This document shows, piece by piece, positions 28,524-37,873 of a stretch of DNA of 64,000 nt. The stretch spans positions 52,036-116,035 of the forward strand of contig JBAYTR010000004.1 in NCBI GenBank assembly GCA_041675505.1, given 5' to 3'. Numbering within the stretch: position 1 is the stretch's first letter; the number at the start of each line of letters is the position of its first letter. The notes under the pieces were generated by a model that saw nothing but the letters and a program-made list of their open reading frames with translations, ran no database searches and was not told the origin of the DNA. A program made the translations under genes and the position numbers. Source of the DNA: Bacteroidia bacterium (GTDB lineage: Bacteria > Bacteroidota > Bacteroidia > UKL13-3).

Positions 28524-28760
28524 TTAATGTACCGTTTTTTCGTTGAGCGATGCCGAGTATTCCATAATTATACTCAGGCTGGTGGGGTGAGGTTCCATCG
28601 GCTTCTCGTCCAAAGCCGTTACCGTTTTAACCATCTTGCGGTATTCTTGCAGAAAAGACTCATCAGAAGTAAGTTGCTCCATAATGCCTCTTTCCTCATT
28701 CTCAGAAGTTTCGTGGTAAATAAAACGGATTAAATCGTCAGTTGTGTATACTTTGCGCAT
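28524..28760 (-). CDS. Small conserved hypothetical protein downstream of the ECF sigma (possible anti-sigma partner)
   Basis: Trimmed to the ATG at 28760 (MRKVYTTDDLIRFIYHETSENE). Co-oriented, 52 nt after the sigma factor stop. Confidence 0.5.
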   Translation of the reverse strand: MRKVYTTDDLIRFIYHETSENEERGIMEQLTSDESFLQEYRKMVKTVTALDEKPMEPHPTSLSIIMEYSASLNEKTVH

Positions 28761-28812
28761 AGGCTGTTTTTGAATTTTACAACCTAATAACGCCAGCATA
28801 TCCGGGTTTATT

Positions 28813-29394
28813 TTACCTCAGCACAATTTCTTTTTCTTCAATCATTTTACGCAGGTTATTCAAGGCATAACGCATACGCCCCAAAGCTGTATTGATGCTT
28901 ACTCCGGTGGTATCGGCTATCTCTTTAAAGCTCATGTCTCCGTAGTGGCGCATCAACAATACCTCGCGTTGTTCTTCAGGCAACAGCTTCACCAATTCAC
29001 GTACGGTTCTTTCACTTTCCTTGCGCATCATCACATCTTCCCTTGATTCATCGGCCAACTGGATGTAAGATAAAATGTCGTTTCCGGCTGTATCGGTAAT
29101 TACGGGGGTGCGTTTGGTTTTGCGGAAATGGTCAATGGCCATGTTGCGGGCTATACGCAACACCCAAGGTAAAAACTTACCTTCCTCATTGTACTTATCG
29201 TTTTTAAACGTGTGTACTACTTTAATAAAGGTTTCCTGAAACAAGTCCTCAGCCATGTAGCGGTCGAGCACAATGTGGTAAATGGTGGTGTACACCTTTG
29301 ATTTGTGACGTTTGATTAAAGTTTCGAGGCAGGCTTCATTTCCCGCAAGATACAAGTCAATCAACTCCTGATCACTAATTTTTGCCCTGTTCAT
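28813..29394 (-). CDS. ECF (sigma-70 group 4) RNA polymerase sigma factor
   Basis: Region 2 (DLFQETFIKV ... WVLRIARNMAIDHFRK) and region 4 HTH (SFKEIADTTGVSINTALGRMRYA). Confidence 0.88.
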   Translation of the reverse strand: MNRAKISDQELIDLYLAGNEACLETLIKRHKSKVYTTIYHIVLDRYMAEDLFQETFIKVVHTFKNDKYNEEGKFLPWVLRIARNMAIDHFRKTKRTPVITDTAGNDILSYIQLADESREDVMMRKESERTVRELVKLLPEEQREVLLMRHYGDMSFKEIADTTGVSINTALGRMRYALNNLRKMIEEKEIVLR

Positions 29395-29627
29395 AGGTAG
29401 GTAATTAAAGGGTTAAACAAAAAATAAATTAGTGTAGAAGTTTATTCGATATGCTTGTTCCTGTTTTTAGTTAATTGATTGCGGTTAATGTTATTTGATG
29501 TTGTAAAATTAATATAAAAAACGGAAAAAACAATACCTGATAAAAAAGATGAAAACTTTTTTCAGAATGAACTTTTTTCATCTCTGCCCCTTTATGTTTT
29601 ATTCCGACATTTGCGCAACTCAATACT

Positions 29628-32513
29628 ATGGTAGCAAAATCAATGGCAAAAGCCAACAATACAATTCCTTCAGTAACTCCTGCAAGCAACAGAAATATTT
29701 TGATCAAAGGGGCACGCATGCACAACCTCAAAAATGTGGATGTAAGTATTCCCCGTAATAAGTTGGTGGTGGTTACAGGTGTTTCGGGTTCAGGTAAATC
29801 ATCGCTGGTGTTTGATACCCTGTATGCCGAAGGGCAACGCAGGTACGTAGAAAGTCTATCCGCCTACGCACGTCAATTTATGGGACGCATGAACAAGCCC
29901 GATGTGGATTTCATTAAAGGTATTGCCCCGGCCATTGCCATTGAACAAAAAGTAAACACGCGTAATCCGCGAAGTACAGTAGCCACCACTACGGAGATTT
30001 ACGACTACATGAAACTGCTGTTTGCACGGGCTGGTCGCACCTATTCGCCTGAATCAGGTATGGAGGTAAAAAGCCACTCGGTTGAAGATGTGGTGAACTA
30101 TATCAACCAACATGCGGATGATACCAAGGTGTTTCTGATGGTGGCCCTGCATCACCTCAAGGATAAAAAAGAACTGAAAAAGGAACTCGAGATTCTGTTG
30201 CAAAAAGGTTTCTCCCGAATGAATGCCAATGGCGATGTAGTGCGTTTGGAAGAATTTATTGCTGACGGAATGGATGCCTGGCTCAAACAAAAAGGCGATA
30301 AAACCTTGTTTCTGCTGGTTGACCGTTTTACCGTAAACAAAACGGATGAGGACCACAACAACCGTATTGCTGATTCGGTACAAACTACTTTTCAGGAAGG
30401 CAACGGAGAATGTTTGGTTGAAACCGTTGACGAAAAAGATAAACGCCAATTGCACCAATTCTCCAACAAGTTTGAACTAGACGGACAACTTTTTGAGCGA
30501 CCTACCGTTAATTTTTTCAGCTTTAATAATCCTTACGGAGCATGCAAAACCTGCGAAGGTTTTGGTTCTGTTATAGGCATTGATGAAGACCTGGTGGTGC
30601 CCGATAAAAGTTTATCTGTTTATGAAGATGCCATTGCCCCCTGGAAAGGCGAAAAGATGAGCGAGTGGAAAGACCACTTTATCAAATATGCCCGCAAAGC
30701 TGATTTCCCTATACACCGCCCCTATTATGAGCTTAACAAAACACAGAAAGATATTTTGTGGCGGGGTAACAAGGAATGGGAAGGTATAAACGGTTTCTTT
30801 AAATTTTTAGAAGGACAAACCTACAAAATTCAGTACCGTGTAATGCTGGCCCGCTACCGGGGCAAAACTACCTGCCCTGATTGTGTGGGTACGCGCTTAA
30901 GAACCGATGCCAACTACGTTAAACTTGCTGACACACGTTTTAAGAAAAGCGATGACTACCGCTGCCTGAGCGAACTGATGCTGATGAGTGTGAGTGATGC
31001 TCGTGTGTTTTTCAATGAACTGAAATTGAACCAACACGACCAAAGCATTGCTGAACGGATATTGACCGAAATACGCAACCGCCTCAATTACCTCGAGCAT
31101 GTGGGGCTGGGTTATTTAAGTCTGAACCGCTTGAGCAACTCCCTCTCGGGTGGTGAAACACAACGCATCAACTTAGCCACCTCTTTAGGAAGTAGCTTAG
31201 TTGGTTCCATGTATATACTGGATGAGCCCAGCATTGGCCTGCACAGTCGCGATACACAAAAACTCATCACAGTTTTAAAACAACTGCGCGATGTGGGCAA
31301 TACCGTAATTGTGGTAGAACACGATGAAGAAATTATGCAAGTGGCTGATCACATCATTGATATTGGTCCGCTGGCCGGCATACACGGAGGGGAGATTATT
31401 GCTGAAGGCACACTGGATGAACTGAAGAAAGATAAAAACAGTTTAACGGGGCAATACCTTTCGCAACGCATGGAAATTCCTGTACCAACCAAACGCAGAA
31501 AATGGAACGAGTTTGTGGAGCTTACCGGAGCACGCCAGAACAACCTGAAAAATGTAAGTGTGAAATTCCCTCTACACGTAATGACGGTGGTAACCGGTGT
31601 AAGCGGAAGCGGTAAAACCACTCTGGTAAAAAACATCCTCTACCCTGCCCTGCAAAAACACACAGGCAACTATGCCGGTGAAAAAACAGGAGCGTTTGAT
31701 AAACTACAAGGCCAACTTAAAAACATTAAACAGGTAGAACTGGTGGACCAAAACCCCATTGGTAAAAGTTCGCGCAGTAACCCTGTTACTTACATTAAAG
31801 CATACGACAGCATACGCGATTTATTCTCCCAGCAACCGCTCTCCAAAAACCGGGCTTTTAAACCGCAGCATTTTAGTTTTAACGTAGAAGGGGGCCGTTG
31901 TGAAACCTGCCAGGGCGAAGGCGAGGTAACCGTTGAAATGCAGTTTATGGCCGATATTCATTTGTTGTGCGAAGACTGTAAAGGGCAACGTTTTAAAGAC
32001 GAGGTACTGGAAGTGAAATACCACAACAAAAACATCAGCGAGGTATTGCGGTTGAGTGTGGAAGAAGCACTGGAATTTTTTAAAGATGAAAAAAGTATTG
32101 TCAATAAAATAAAACCACTGAACGATGTAGGTTTGGGTTACGTGCAACTTGGACAAAGCAGCAGCACCTTAAGCGGTGGTGAGGCGCAACGCATTAAACT
32201 GGCTTCTTTCTTAGGCAAAAGCAGCAACAGCGGCAAGGAACACATTCTCTTCATTTTTGATGAACCCACCACCGGACTACACTTTCACGATATTCAAAAA
32301 CTGATGCTTTCGTTTAATGCGTTGATTGAACAAGGCAACAGCGTATTGATTATTGAGCACAACATGGAGGTAATTAAATGTGCCGACTGGATTATTGACC
32401 TGGGCCCCGAAGGTGGCGATGCGGGCGGACAATTGGTGTTTGCCGGCTTACCGGAAGACTTAGTGAAAGAGAAAAAAAGCTATACGGGAAAGTATTTGAA
32501 GGAGAAACTCTAG
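29628..32513 (+). CDS. uvrA: Excinuclease ABC subunit A
   Basis: [57 protein letters not shown], a second Walker [11 protein letters not shown], two LSGGE signatures and zinc modules. The start could instead be the ATG at 29643. Confidence 0.97.
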   Translation: MVAKSMAKANNTIPSVTPASNRNILIKGARMHNLKNVDVSIPRNKLVVVTGVSGSGKSSLVFDTLYAEGQRRYVESLSAYARQFMGRMNKPDVDFIKGIAPAIAIEQKVNTRNPRSTVATTTEIYDYMKLLFARAGRTYSPESGMEVKSHSVEDVVNYINQHADDTKVFLMVALHHLKDKKELKKELEILLQKGFSRMNANGDVVRLEEFIADGMDAWLKQKGDKTLFLLVDRFTVNKTDEDHNNRIADSVQTTFQEGNGECLVETVDEKDKRQLHQFSNKFELDGQLFERPTVNFFSFNNPYGACKTCEGFGSVIGIDEDLVVPDKSLSVYEDAIAPWKGEKMSEWKDHFIKYARKADFPIHRPYYELNKTQKDILWRGNKEWEGINGFFKFLEGQTYKIQYRVMLARYRGKTTCPDCVGTRLRTDANYVKLADTRFKKSDDYRCLSELMLMSVSDARVFFNELKLNQHDQSIAERILTEIRNRLNYLEHVGLGYLSLNRLSNSLSGGETQRINLATSLGSSLVGSMYILDEPSIGLHSRDTQKLITVLKQLRDVGNTVIVVEHDEEIMQVADHIIDIGPLAGIHGGEIIAEGTLDELKKDKNSLTGQYLSQRMEIPVPTKRRKWNEFVELTGARQNNLKNVSVKFPLHVMTVVTGVSGSGKTTLVKNILYPALQKHTGNYAGEKTGAFDKLQGQLKNIKQVELVDQNPIGKSSRSNPVTYIKAYDSIRDLFSQQPLSKNRAFKPQHFSFNVEGGRCETCQGEGEVTVEMQFMADIHLLCEDCKGQRFKDEVLEVKYHNKNISEVLRLSVEEALEFFKDEKSIVNKIKPLNDVGLGYVQLGQSSSTLSGGEAQRIKLASFLGKSSNSGKEHILFIFDEPTTGLHFHDIQKLMLSFNALIEQGNSVLIIEHNMEVIKCADWIIDLGPEGGDAGGQLVFAGLPEDLVKEKKSYTGKYLKEKL

Positions 32514-32707
32514 GGTACCTTAGAGGATTGGGTATTGGTTGATTGGATATTAGTTATTGGTTACGGAGAATTTCCGTTGTGGTTCGTGTCACGAACCATG
32601 GCAAAGAATTCTTTTGTGAAAATCTGTGCAATCTGTGGCAGTATAAATTCGGCTTTAATAACTAATGTATCTGATTTATGTCCCGAATACACAAATGCCT
32701 TAACCTC

Positions 32708-33091
32708 TCATTCCTCATAAAACTCCCTCAGGGCACCAAAGTACATACCTGTCCAGCCATCCTGAATATTTTGAAAGTCTTCATCAGGAATATTGGTTTG
32801 GTGCAGCTCAATTGAGGTTTGCCCGTTATCTGTTTTATGCAACTTAAGGGTAACAATGGATTGCTCCGGACGGTCGCCAAAATACCACTCCTGCACTATC
32901 TTTTTGCTTTCTTCAAACTCCAGGTTTTTGCCGCAGATATTGCCACCCCAAAGAGAAAACTCCGAACCCGGCTCTGTGCTCATTTCCGCTTCTTCTCCTG
33001 TCCACAGGTAAATGGTGAGCGGGTTGGTTAATGCCAGATACACCTCTTCCGGTGGTGCGGGTATGGCAAAGTAGCGTTTAAAATCTTTCAT
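32708..33091 (-). CDS. SRPBCC/AHSA1-like domain protein
   Basis: 127 aa with the pattern IPAPPEEVYLALTNP...WTG...GG.I.G. typical of Aha1/START-like proteins. Confidence 0.65.
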   Translation of the reverse strand: MKDFKRYFAIPAPPEEVYLALTNPLTIYLWTGEEAEMSTEPGSEFSLWGGNICGKNLEFEESKKIVQEWYFGDRPEQSIVTLKLHKTDNGQTSIELHQTNIPDEDFQNIQDGWTGMYFGALREFYEE

Positions 33092-33093
33092 AC

Positions 33094-34089
33094 TTACTCG
33101 TTGATGTATTGTATTAACTCATCCACTTTTTTGAACATGGATTTAAAAAACTGGTTGCGCAATTTCTCCGCCACACCACTCAACATCGTTGATTTGGAAA
33201 TGAGGTTATTCATCCAGCGTTCATTTTGTTCATTAAAAAACCGGTTGGTGGTGCGCATGCTGTTAAAAGAATTGTAACTGATAAAACTGCTGATTTTATC
33301 ATCGGCTTTAATGAGCACACAGTTGTTCCCAAACATCAGGTCGCTAAGGTAGAAGGTATAATCCACAGCCGTCATGGTGCCTTCCGCAGTAAACTTTTTA
33401 CCTGTCTCTACCTGACGTTGTACTTGTTTTAACATTTCCCTGAAATCCTCTATCACCAATAAAGCATCTTCACGCGTAGTGAAAAATCCTGCATCCCAAT
33501 AAAAACGAATATGCTTCAGGTTGCTCATAATGGTTTCTTCGGTCCATATTTCAGTAGACGGAACACGGCTATAAGCCAATCCCGCTTGCTTTGCGGTTTC
33601 TAACAACGCTGCATCAATGTGGTTGAGGTGGTAATGTTTGTTTTGCAGGGAGGCCACATTGAGTATGGATTTCATCCAATACGTGAGCTTAAATGCAGAT
33701 AGGTGCGGATACGAAAAATGGTGAAAAACGGGTACGTCTTCCGCAGCGAAAAAAATGCGTTTGTTTTCAAATTTTTGAAGTCCGTTTAACTCTTGGTACA
33801 AGCCTTTAAGGTAAGCATGGAAACTTTCCTCATCATCCAGTACAGGTGTAAACTTAAAAGTAACCACACCGGGTAATTGGTCGTTAAGTGCTTCGAGCGG
33901 AACATCAAAATGGTGACAGAGTTTCACTACCTCGTTAATGGTTAATTCCGTTTCACCTCTAAGTCTGCGGTAAGTACTGTCCATGCTGATGTTGAGTACC
34001 GAGGCTATCTCATTGGCCAGCGAAACATTGCCCGGTACCAACTCTTTAAGAATATGGATAAACTGTTCCTGGTAAGTTAAAGTCGGCAT
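33094..34089 (-). CDS. Helix-turn-helix transcriptional regulator with a large C-terminal domain
   Basis: N-terminal HTH (SLANEIASVLNISMDSTYRRLRGETELTINEV). Its stop is 3 nt upstream of the SRPBCC gene start, suggesting a likely operon. Confidence 0.7.
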   Translation of the reverse strand: MPTLTYQEQFIHILKELVPGNVSLANEIASVLNISMDSTYRRLRGETELTINEVVKLCHHFDVPLEALNDQLPGVVTFKFTPVLDDEESFHAYLKGLYQELNGLQKFENKRIFFAAEDVPVFHHFSYPHLSAFKLTYWMKSILNVASLQNKHYHLNHIDAALLETAKQAGLAYSRVPSTEIWTEETIMSNLKHIRFYWDAGFFTTREDALLVIEDFREMLKQVQRQVETGKKFTAEGTMTAVDYTFYLSDLMFGNNCVLIKADDKISSFISYNSFNSMRTTNRFFNEQNERWMNNLISKSTMLSGVAEKLRNQFFKSMFKKVDELIQYINE

Positions 34090-34093
34090 TATT

Positions 34094-34146
34094 ATTTACG
34101 GTTTTGCATTTCAAAGCTATAAAAATATTTGCACAAAACCGTAAAT
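34094..34146. promoter_or_regulatory. 13-bp perfect inverted repeat bracketing a TAnnTTTG box (candidate operator and promoter of the HTH regulator)
   Basis: atttacggttttg (34094..34106) and caaaaccgtaaat (34134..34146). On the minus strand the 27-nt spacer contains TAGCTTTG (34119..34112), 22 nt upstream of the ATG at 34089. Confidence 0.55.
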
Positions 34147-34306
34147 GCTGTTCCCGGGTAATCTTTATACGCAAAAATGTAGCATAGATTAGTGATTGAA
34201 CATTGAAATATATGCACTATACGGCAACATCAACTTCTACAGGCACTATCCCGTTTTATTGCCCCGATGGAACACGCTTGCTTTGTAACATAAAAAAACA
34301 CCAACC

Positions 34307-35440
34307 ATGAACACAAAAAATCTTTTCTTCACCAGCCTGCTCATTTTTACATCAGCTGTAAAATTGATGGCAGCCGGACCTGAAAATCCGAGTATCGCTT
34401 TTATTGACATAGACACCAGAAACAGCAGGGTAAGCACTCCCTCCAATCCGGTTACAGCTATGACCCGTGTGGAGCTTGAAAAACTGAAACGGTTTCAGTT
34501 GCTCGATAAATATGATTTGGAGTACCTCACTTCCAAAGACTCCATTAAAATCAACAATTGTTACAGCCGATTATGCCTTACTGAGCTGGGCAAAAAATTG
34601 AAAGTAGAAAAAATGTTTACCGGCTCAGTAGAAGAAATGTCGGACCAGATTATTGTGACCTTTAAAATACTGGATGTACAAAACGGGCAGTTTGAAAAAG
34701 TACAAGTGAATGAATTCCTCAACATTCCTGCTGAAATAAAAAGCATGATTAAAGTAACCATGAACGATATGTTCGGGATACAGAACGAAGCCGACTTGGT
34801 ATCGAAACTTACACGCAAAGATGATTACGACAATGCGGTGAACAACCCGTATGAACTACGTTTGCGCAGTGATGGTCCGCGGATGGGATTCACCTACTTT
34901 ACAGGAAACGATGCCGCTGTACTAAAAGCACCCAGTAACACTGGCGGCTTTAATGCACACCCGGTAATGTTTCAGTTCGGCTACCAGTTTGAGCGGCAAT
35001 ACCTCAATGAAGGGAATTTTCAGGCTTTGTTTGAATTTGTGCCCATGCTCACAGGCTTAGACCAAGGCTTACTTATTCCCAGCTTCACCTTTATGAACGG
35101 GCTGCGCAGCAACAAAAGCGGGTGGGAATTTGCCTTTGGACCAACGGTAGCGTTTGCTAAAAAAGCAGAAGGCTTTTATGACCGTAACAACAACTGGCAC
35201 CTGAAAAACGATACTACGGAACAATCACAACCCCGCAATATGGAAACACGTATTGACAGCAGAGGAGATGTTACCTTACATACTAATTTTGTATTTGCTT
35301 TTGGTAAAACATTTAAATCAGGCAAGTTGAATATTCCGGTAAACGGCTACATCATCCCCAGTAAAAACGGCACCCGAGTTGGAGTATCCTTCGGATTTAA
35401 TGCCAAAGAAAGGTACACGTTCAACGGCAAAGTAAAATAA
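34307..35440 (+). CDS. Hypothetical secreted protein, possible C-terminal beta-barrel
   Basis: Signal peptide. The C-terminal half alternates hydrophobic residues and ends in an aromatic-rich strand. No family recognised. Confidence 0.6.
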   Translation: MNTKNLFFTSLLIFTSAVKLMAAGPENPSIAFIDIDTRNSRVSTPSNPVTAMTRVELEKLKRFQLLDKYDLEYLTSKDSIKINNCYSRLCLTELGKKLKVEKMFTGSVEEMSDQIIVTFKILDVQNGQFEKVQVNEFLNIPAEIKSMIKVTMNDMFGIQNEADLVSKLTRKDDYDNAVNNPYELRLRSDGPRMGFTYFTGNDAAVLKAPSNTGGFNAHPVMFQFGYQFERQYLNEGNFQALFEFVPMLTGLDQGLLIPSFTFMNGLRSNKSGWEFAFGPTVAFAKKAEGFYDRNNNWHLKNDTTEQSQPRNMETRIDSRGDVTLHTNFVFAFGKTFKSGKLNIPVNGYIIPSKNGTRVGVSFGFNAKERYTFNGKVK

Positions 35441-35458
35441 CCTTAATACAATACAAAT

Positions 35459-35794
35459 ATGAATTTATTCATCAACATCACCCGCAACATAAACCGTGGC
35501 ATTAGTGTGTTCATTTCTTTGTTTTTACTTGTCATGATTTTTGGCGACCCCATAAAACCTAATTTAGAAGAAGCCGGAGCCATGTTGCTTTTCCCCGGTG
35601 GAGTTATACTGGGCTTTCTGTGGGCATGGAAAAATGAGCGCATTGGTAGTTTAATCTCTTTGGTAAGTCTGGTGCTCTTTTACGTTTACATGTATGTCAG
35701 TCGGGAAGGTTTTTCCGGAGGTCCGTATTTTCTGCTCCTCTCCTTTCCTGCTTTAATTTTTCTTGTTTTATCCTTTGTTTCACCTCAATCTTAA
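35459..35794 (+). CDS. Small membrane protein (111 aa)
   Basis: Four hydrophobic segments, 8 nt upstream of the desaturase start. Confidence 0.5.
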   Translation: MNLFINITRNINRGISVFISLFLLVMIFGDPIKPNLEEAGAMLLFPGGVILGFLWAWKNERIGSLISLVSLVLFYVYMYVSREGFSGGPYFLLLSFPALIFLVLSFVSPQS

Positions 35795-35801
35795 TCCGGC
35801 A

Positions 35802-36401
35802 ATGACCCACTATATTCAGCTTATTTTCGAATGTGCACTTACACTATTCGCTATAGATTTTGTATCCGGCTTTGTTCACTGGGCTGAGGATACATTCGGT
35901 ACCGATCAAACTCCCGTGTATGGTAAATGGATTGCCGTACCCAACACCATTCACCATGAACAACCTGCTGCATTCACTCAAAAAAACTGGTGGCAAAGTT
36001 CATGGGATCTTGCTTTATGTTCAGCACTTATTGCTTTGGCTGCGTGGTGGGGCGGTTGGCTTAGCTGGCACGTTTGGCTATTTTGTGTGCTGGGTGCCAA
36101 TGCCAATCAATTACATAAATACACTCATGTGCCCCGAGCTAAAATTCCGTTACCTGTTCGTTGGTTACAAGACTTACGTTTAATTCAATCAGCAAAAGAC
36201 CATGCGTTACACCACAGCGGAAAGAAAAATACCGCCTACTGTGTGATTACCCCTTACCTGAATATGTTGCTGGATAAAATCGGTTTTTGGAGAGGTCTGG
36301 AAAAAATTATCGTTCCGTTTGCAGGTGCACCTCGTAGAGAAGACCTGAATACTCAACCAATCACTTCAACAACTGATTCACCATCGGAACATCATCCGTA
36401 A
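35802..36401 (+). CDS. CarF/PEDS1(TMEM189)-family lipid desaturase
   Basis: DFVSGFVHWAEDTFG, IHHEQP, NQLHKYTH, LQDLRLIQSAKDHALHH and YCVITPYLNMLLDKIGFWRGLE closely follow the histidine-box layout I recall for PEDS1/CarF. ATG at 35802. Confidence 0.75.
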   Translation: MTHYIQLIFECALTLFAIDFVSGFVHWAEDTFGTDQTPVYGKWIAVPNTIHHEQPAAFTQKNWWQSSWDLALCSALIALAAWWGGWLSWHVWLFCVLGANANQLHKYTHVPRAKIPLPVRWLQDLRLIQSAKDHALHHSGKKNTAYCVITPYLNMLLDKIGFWRGLEKIIVPFAGAPRREDLNTQPITSTTDSPSEHHP

Positions 36402-37215
36402 GAATGAAGTCGGGAGATTTTTCAATGGCAGATTCGGCATCACTTGTATTCACTACACCAAAGATAGAGACCTTTAATCCGGAAGCGTGAGCCGCAGCAA
36501 CACTCTCATTGGTGCAGGAGTTATTCCCCGTCATAATACCGGTGTAGCTGTTGGTATTAGCAATCTGAAAACGTTCCGTCACACTTCCGTTTATCATCAG
36601 GTTAAATCTGGAGTCCCTTTGTTGCATTAAATCAAAAAAAACATCGAAGTTGGACTCCAGATATACTTGTTCATATACCTGAAAACGGTCAATAAGTTGA
36701 GTGATACTTTGTACGTAAAGATAAATGTAATCAAGATACTCATCACTTGAACTGATATTGCAGGGCAGGTCAAGTTTATTATCCAACATGATAAACGGGA
36801 TAAAATCAAGTGAGGAGCAATACTGGAAAAGTTCTTCTAAGGAAAGCAAATAACTGTCGGAATTTTTGTATTTGCATGCCCGAAGTTCCTCTGCAGTGTA
36901 TTGGTAAATGCAACCCGATAAATTGGTTTGCGTTTCGAGGTAATCATCGTGATATAAAAACAGTACTCCGTCACGACTCATTTGCACATCCACCTCCACA
37001 CCTGATGCAGCATAAAGCTCCAACGCCTTCTGCACTGAGGCCATACTGTTTTCAGGAGTAGGGTTAGCTGCAGTTCTCGGTCCGCATCCTCTGTGCCCTA
37101 TTACAGCAATTTTGTCCCCGTTCAGGTTATTGATTTCCGGAGTTTCATCACGGCAGGCACTCATCAACCAAAAGGTTAAACAAAACAAAAGAAACTTGAG
37201 TGTTCTAAAAATCAT
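36361..37215 (-). CDS. Glycerophosphodiester phosphodiesterase-family lipoprotein
   Basis: Lipobox LMSAC. GDPD motifs VIGHRGCG and GVEVDVQMSRDGVLFLYHD. Confidence 0.8.
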   Translation of the reverse strand: MIFRTLKFLLFCLTFWLMSACRDETPEINNLNGDKIAVIGHRGCGPRTAANPTPENSMASVQKALELYAASGVEVDVQMSRDGVLFLYHDDYLETQTNLSGCIYQYTAEELRACKYKNSDSYLLSLEELFQYCSSLDFIPFIMLDNKLDLPCNISSSDEYLDYIYLYVQSITQLIDRFQVYEQVYLESNFDVFFDLMQQRDSRFNLMINGSVTERFQIANTNSYTGIMTGNNSCTNESVAAAHASGLKVSIFGVVNTSDAESAIEKSPDFILTDDVPMVNQLLK

Positions 37216-37789
37216 ATCCTATCCACAACTTTACCTGCGCTCCGTGTCCGTGCAATTTCAAATCTCCTGATGAGTAAAAATTGGTTTGTGTTTCAGTATA
37301 AGTGCCGTACCCGAATGTGTTAGCAATGGAGAGTCGTTGGGTGCGCCACATCCAGCCGTAGTTCAGGTATACTTCATGCAGTTGATACAAACCTTTCCTG
37401 TCGTCAACGGGCGAGTGCGTTCCATAAAGCAGGTTGCCATAAGAAAGGTCCACCACCATGCGGGTGTTTTTAATGTTCAGCGGAAATAATTTTCTGAAAC
37501 TGATTTGCCCACCTGTTCCACCGTAAGTCAGTTTGGCCACATTGATTAAAGGTGCGCGCAATGCAACAGCCACTTCATATTCAGGTCGGCAATAAGCATA
37601 TCCCACGCCTGTCAATATTCCATTAAATGTGTATTGAGAAGTAAGCTCCACCCGGTGTTTCAGGTTGTTTGCAGAGGAAGTCACCACAGTATCTGCGGAT
37701 GCTTCGCCTTTAAACACTTCTGCAAATACATGGAGCAGCGAAAAAAGTAAAATAAGGGTGGTGAACCAATGTTTCATTTGCGGGTACAA
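37205..37789 (-). CDS. Hypothetical small outer-membrane beta-barrel protein
   Basis: Signal peptide, alternating beta-strand pattern and C-terminal ...WIGYDF. It overlaps the GDPD gene start by 11 nt. Confidence 0.6.
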   Translation of the reverse strand: MYPQMKHWFTTLILLFSLLHVFAEVFKGEASADTVVTSSANNLKHRVELTSQYTFNGILTGVGYAYCRPEYEVAVALRAPLINVAKLTYGGTGGQISFRKLFPLNIKNTRMVVDLSYGNLLYGTHSPVDDRKGLYQLHEVYLNYGWMWRTQRLSIANTFGYGTYTETQTNFYSSGDLKLHGHGAQVKLWIGYDF

Positions 37790-37873
37790 TTTAAGTGTAA
37801 ACCAACACAGTTACTACTAATATGTGATTGCTAATCTGTATCACATGCGCTAATATTGAAAAAATAATTATCC

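Noticed and set aside
29471-29758. ORFs 29471..29731 (-) and 29549..29758 (+) lie between the ECF sigma gene and uvrA.
   Set aside because: They overlap each other and the uvrA start, and they lie in the AT-rich divergent promoter region. Their translations are Phe/Leu/Ile-rich with no motifs.
32535-32720. A 61-aa ORF lies in the uvrA-downstream gap.
   Set aside because: It reads through a hairpin and a tandem 9-mer repeat and overlaps the 3' end of the SRPBCC gene. It is most likely an artefact of a repeat-bearing intergenic region.
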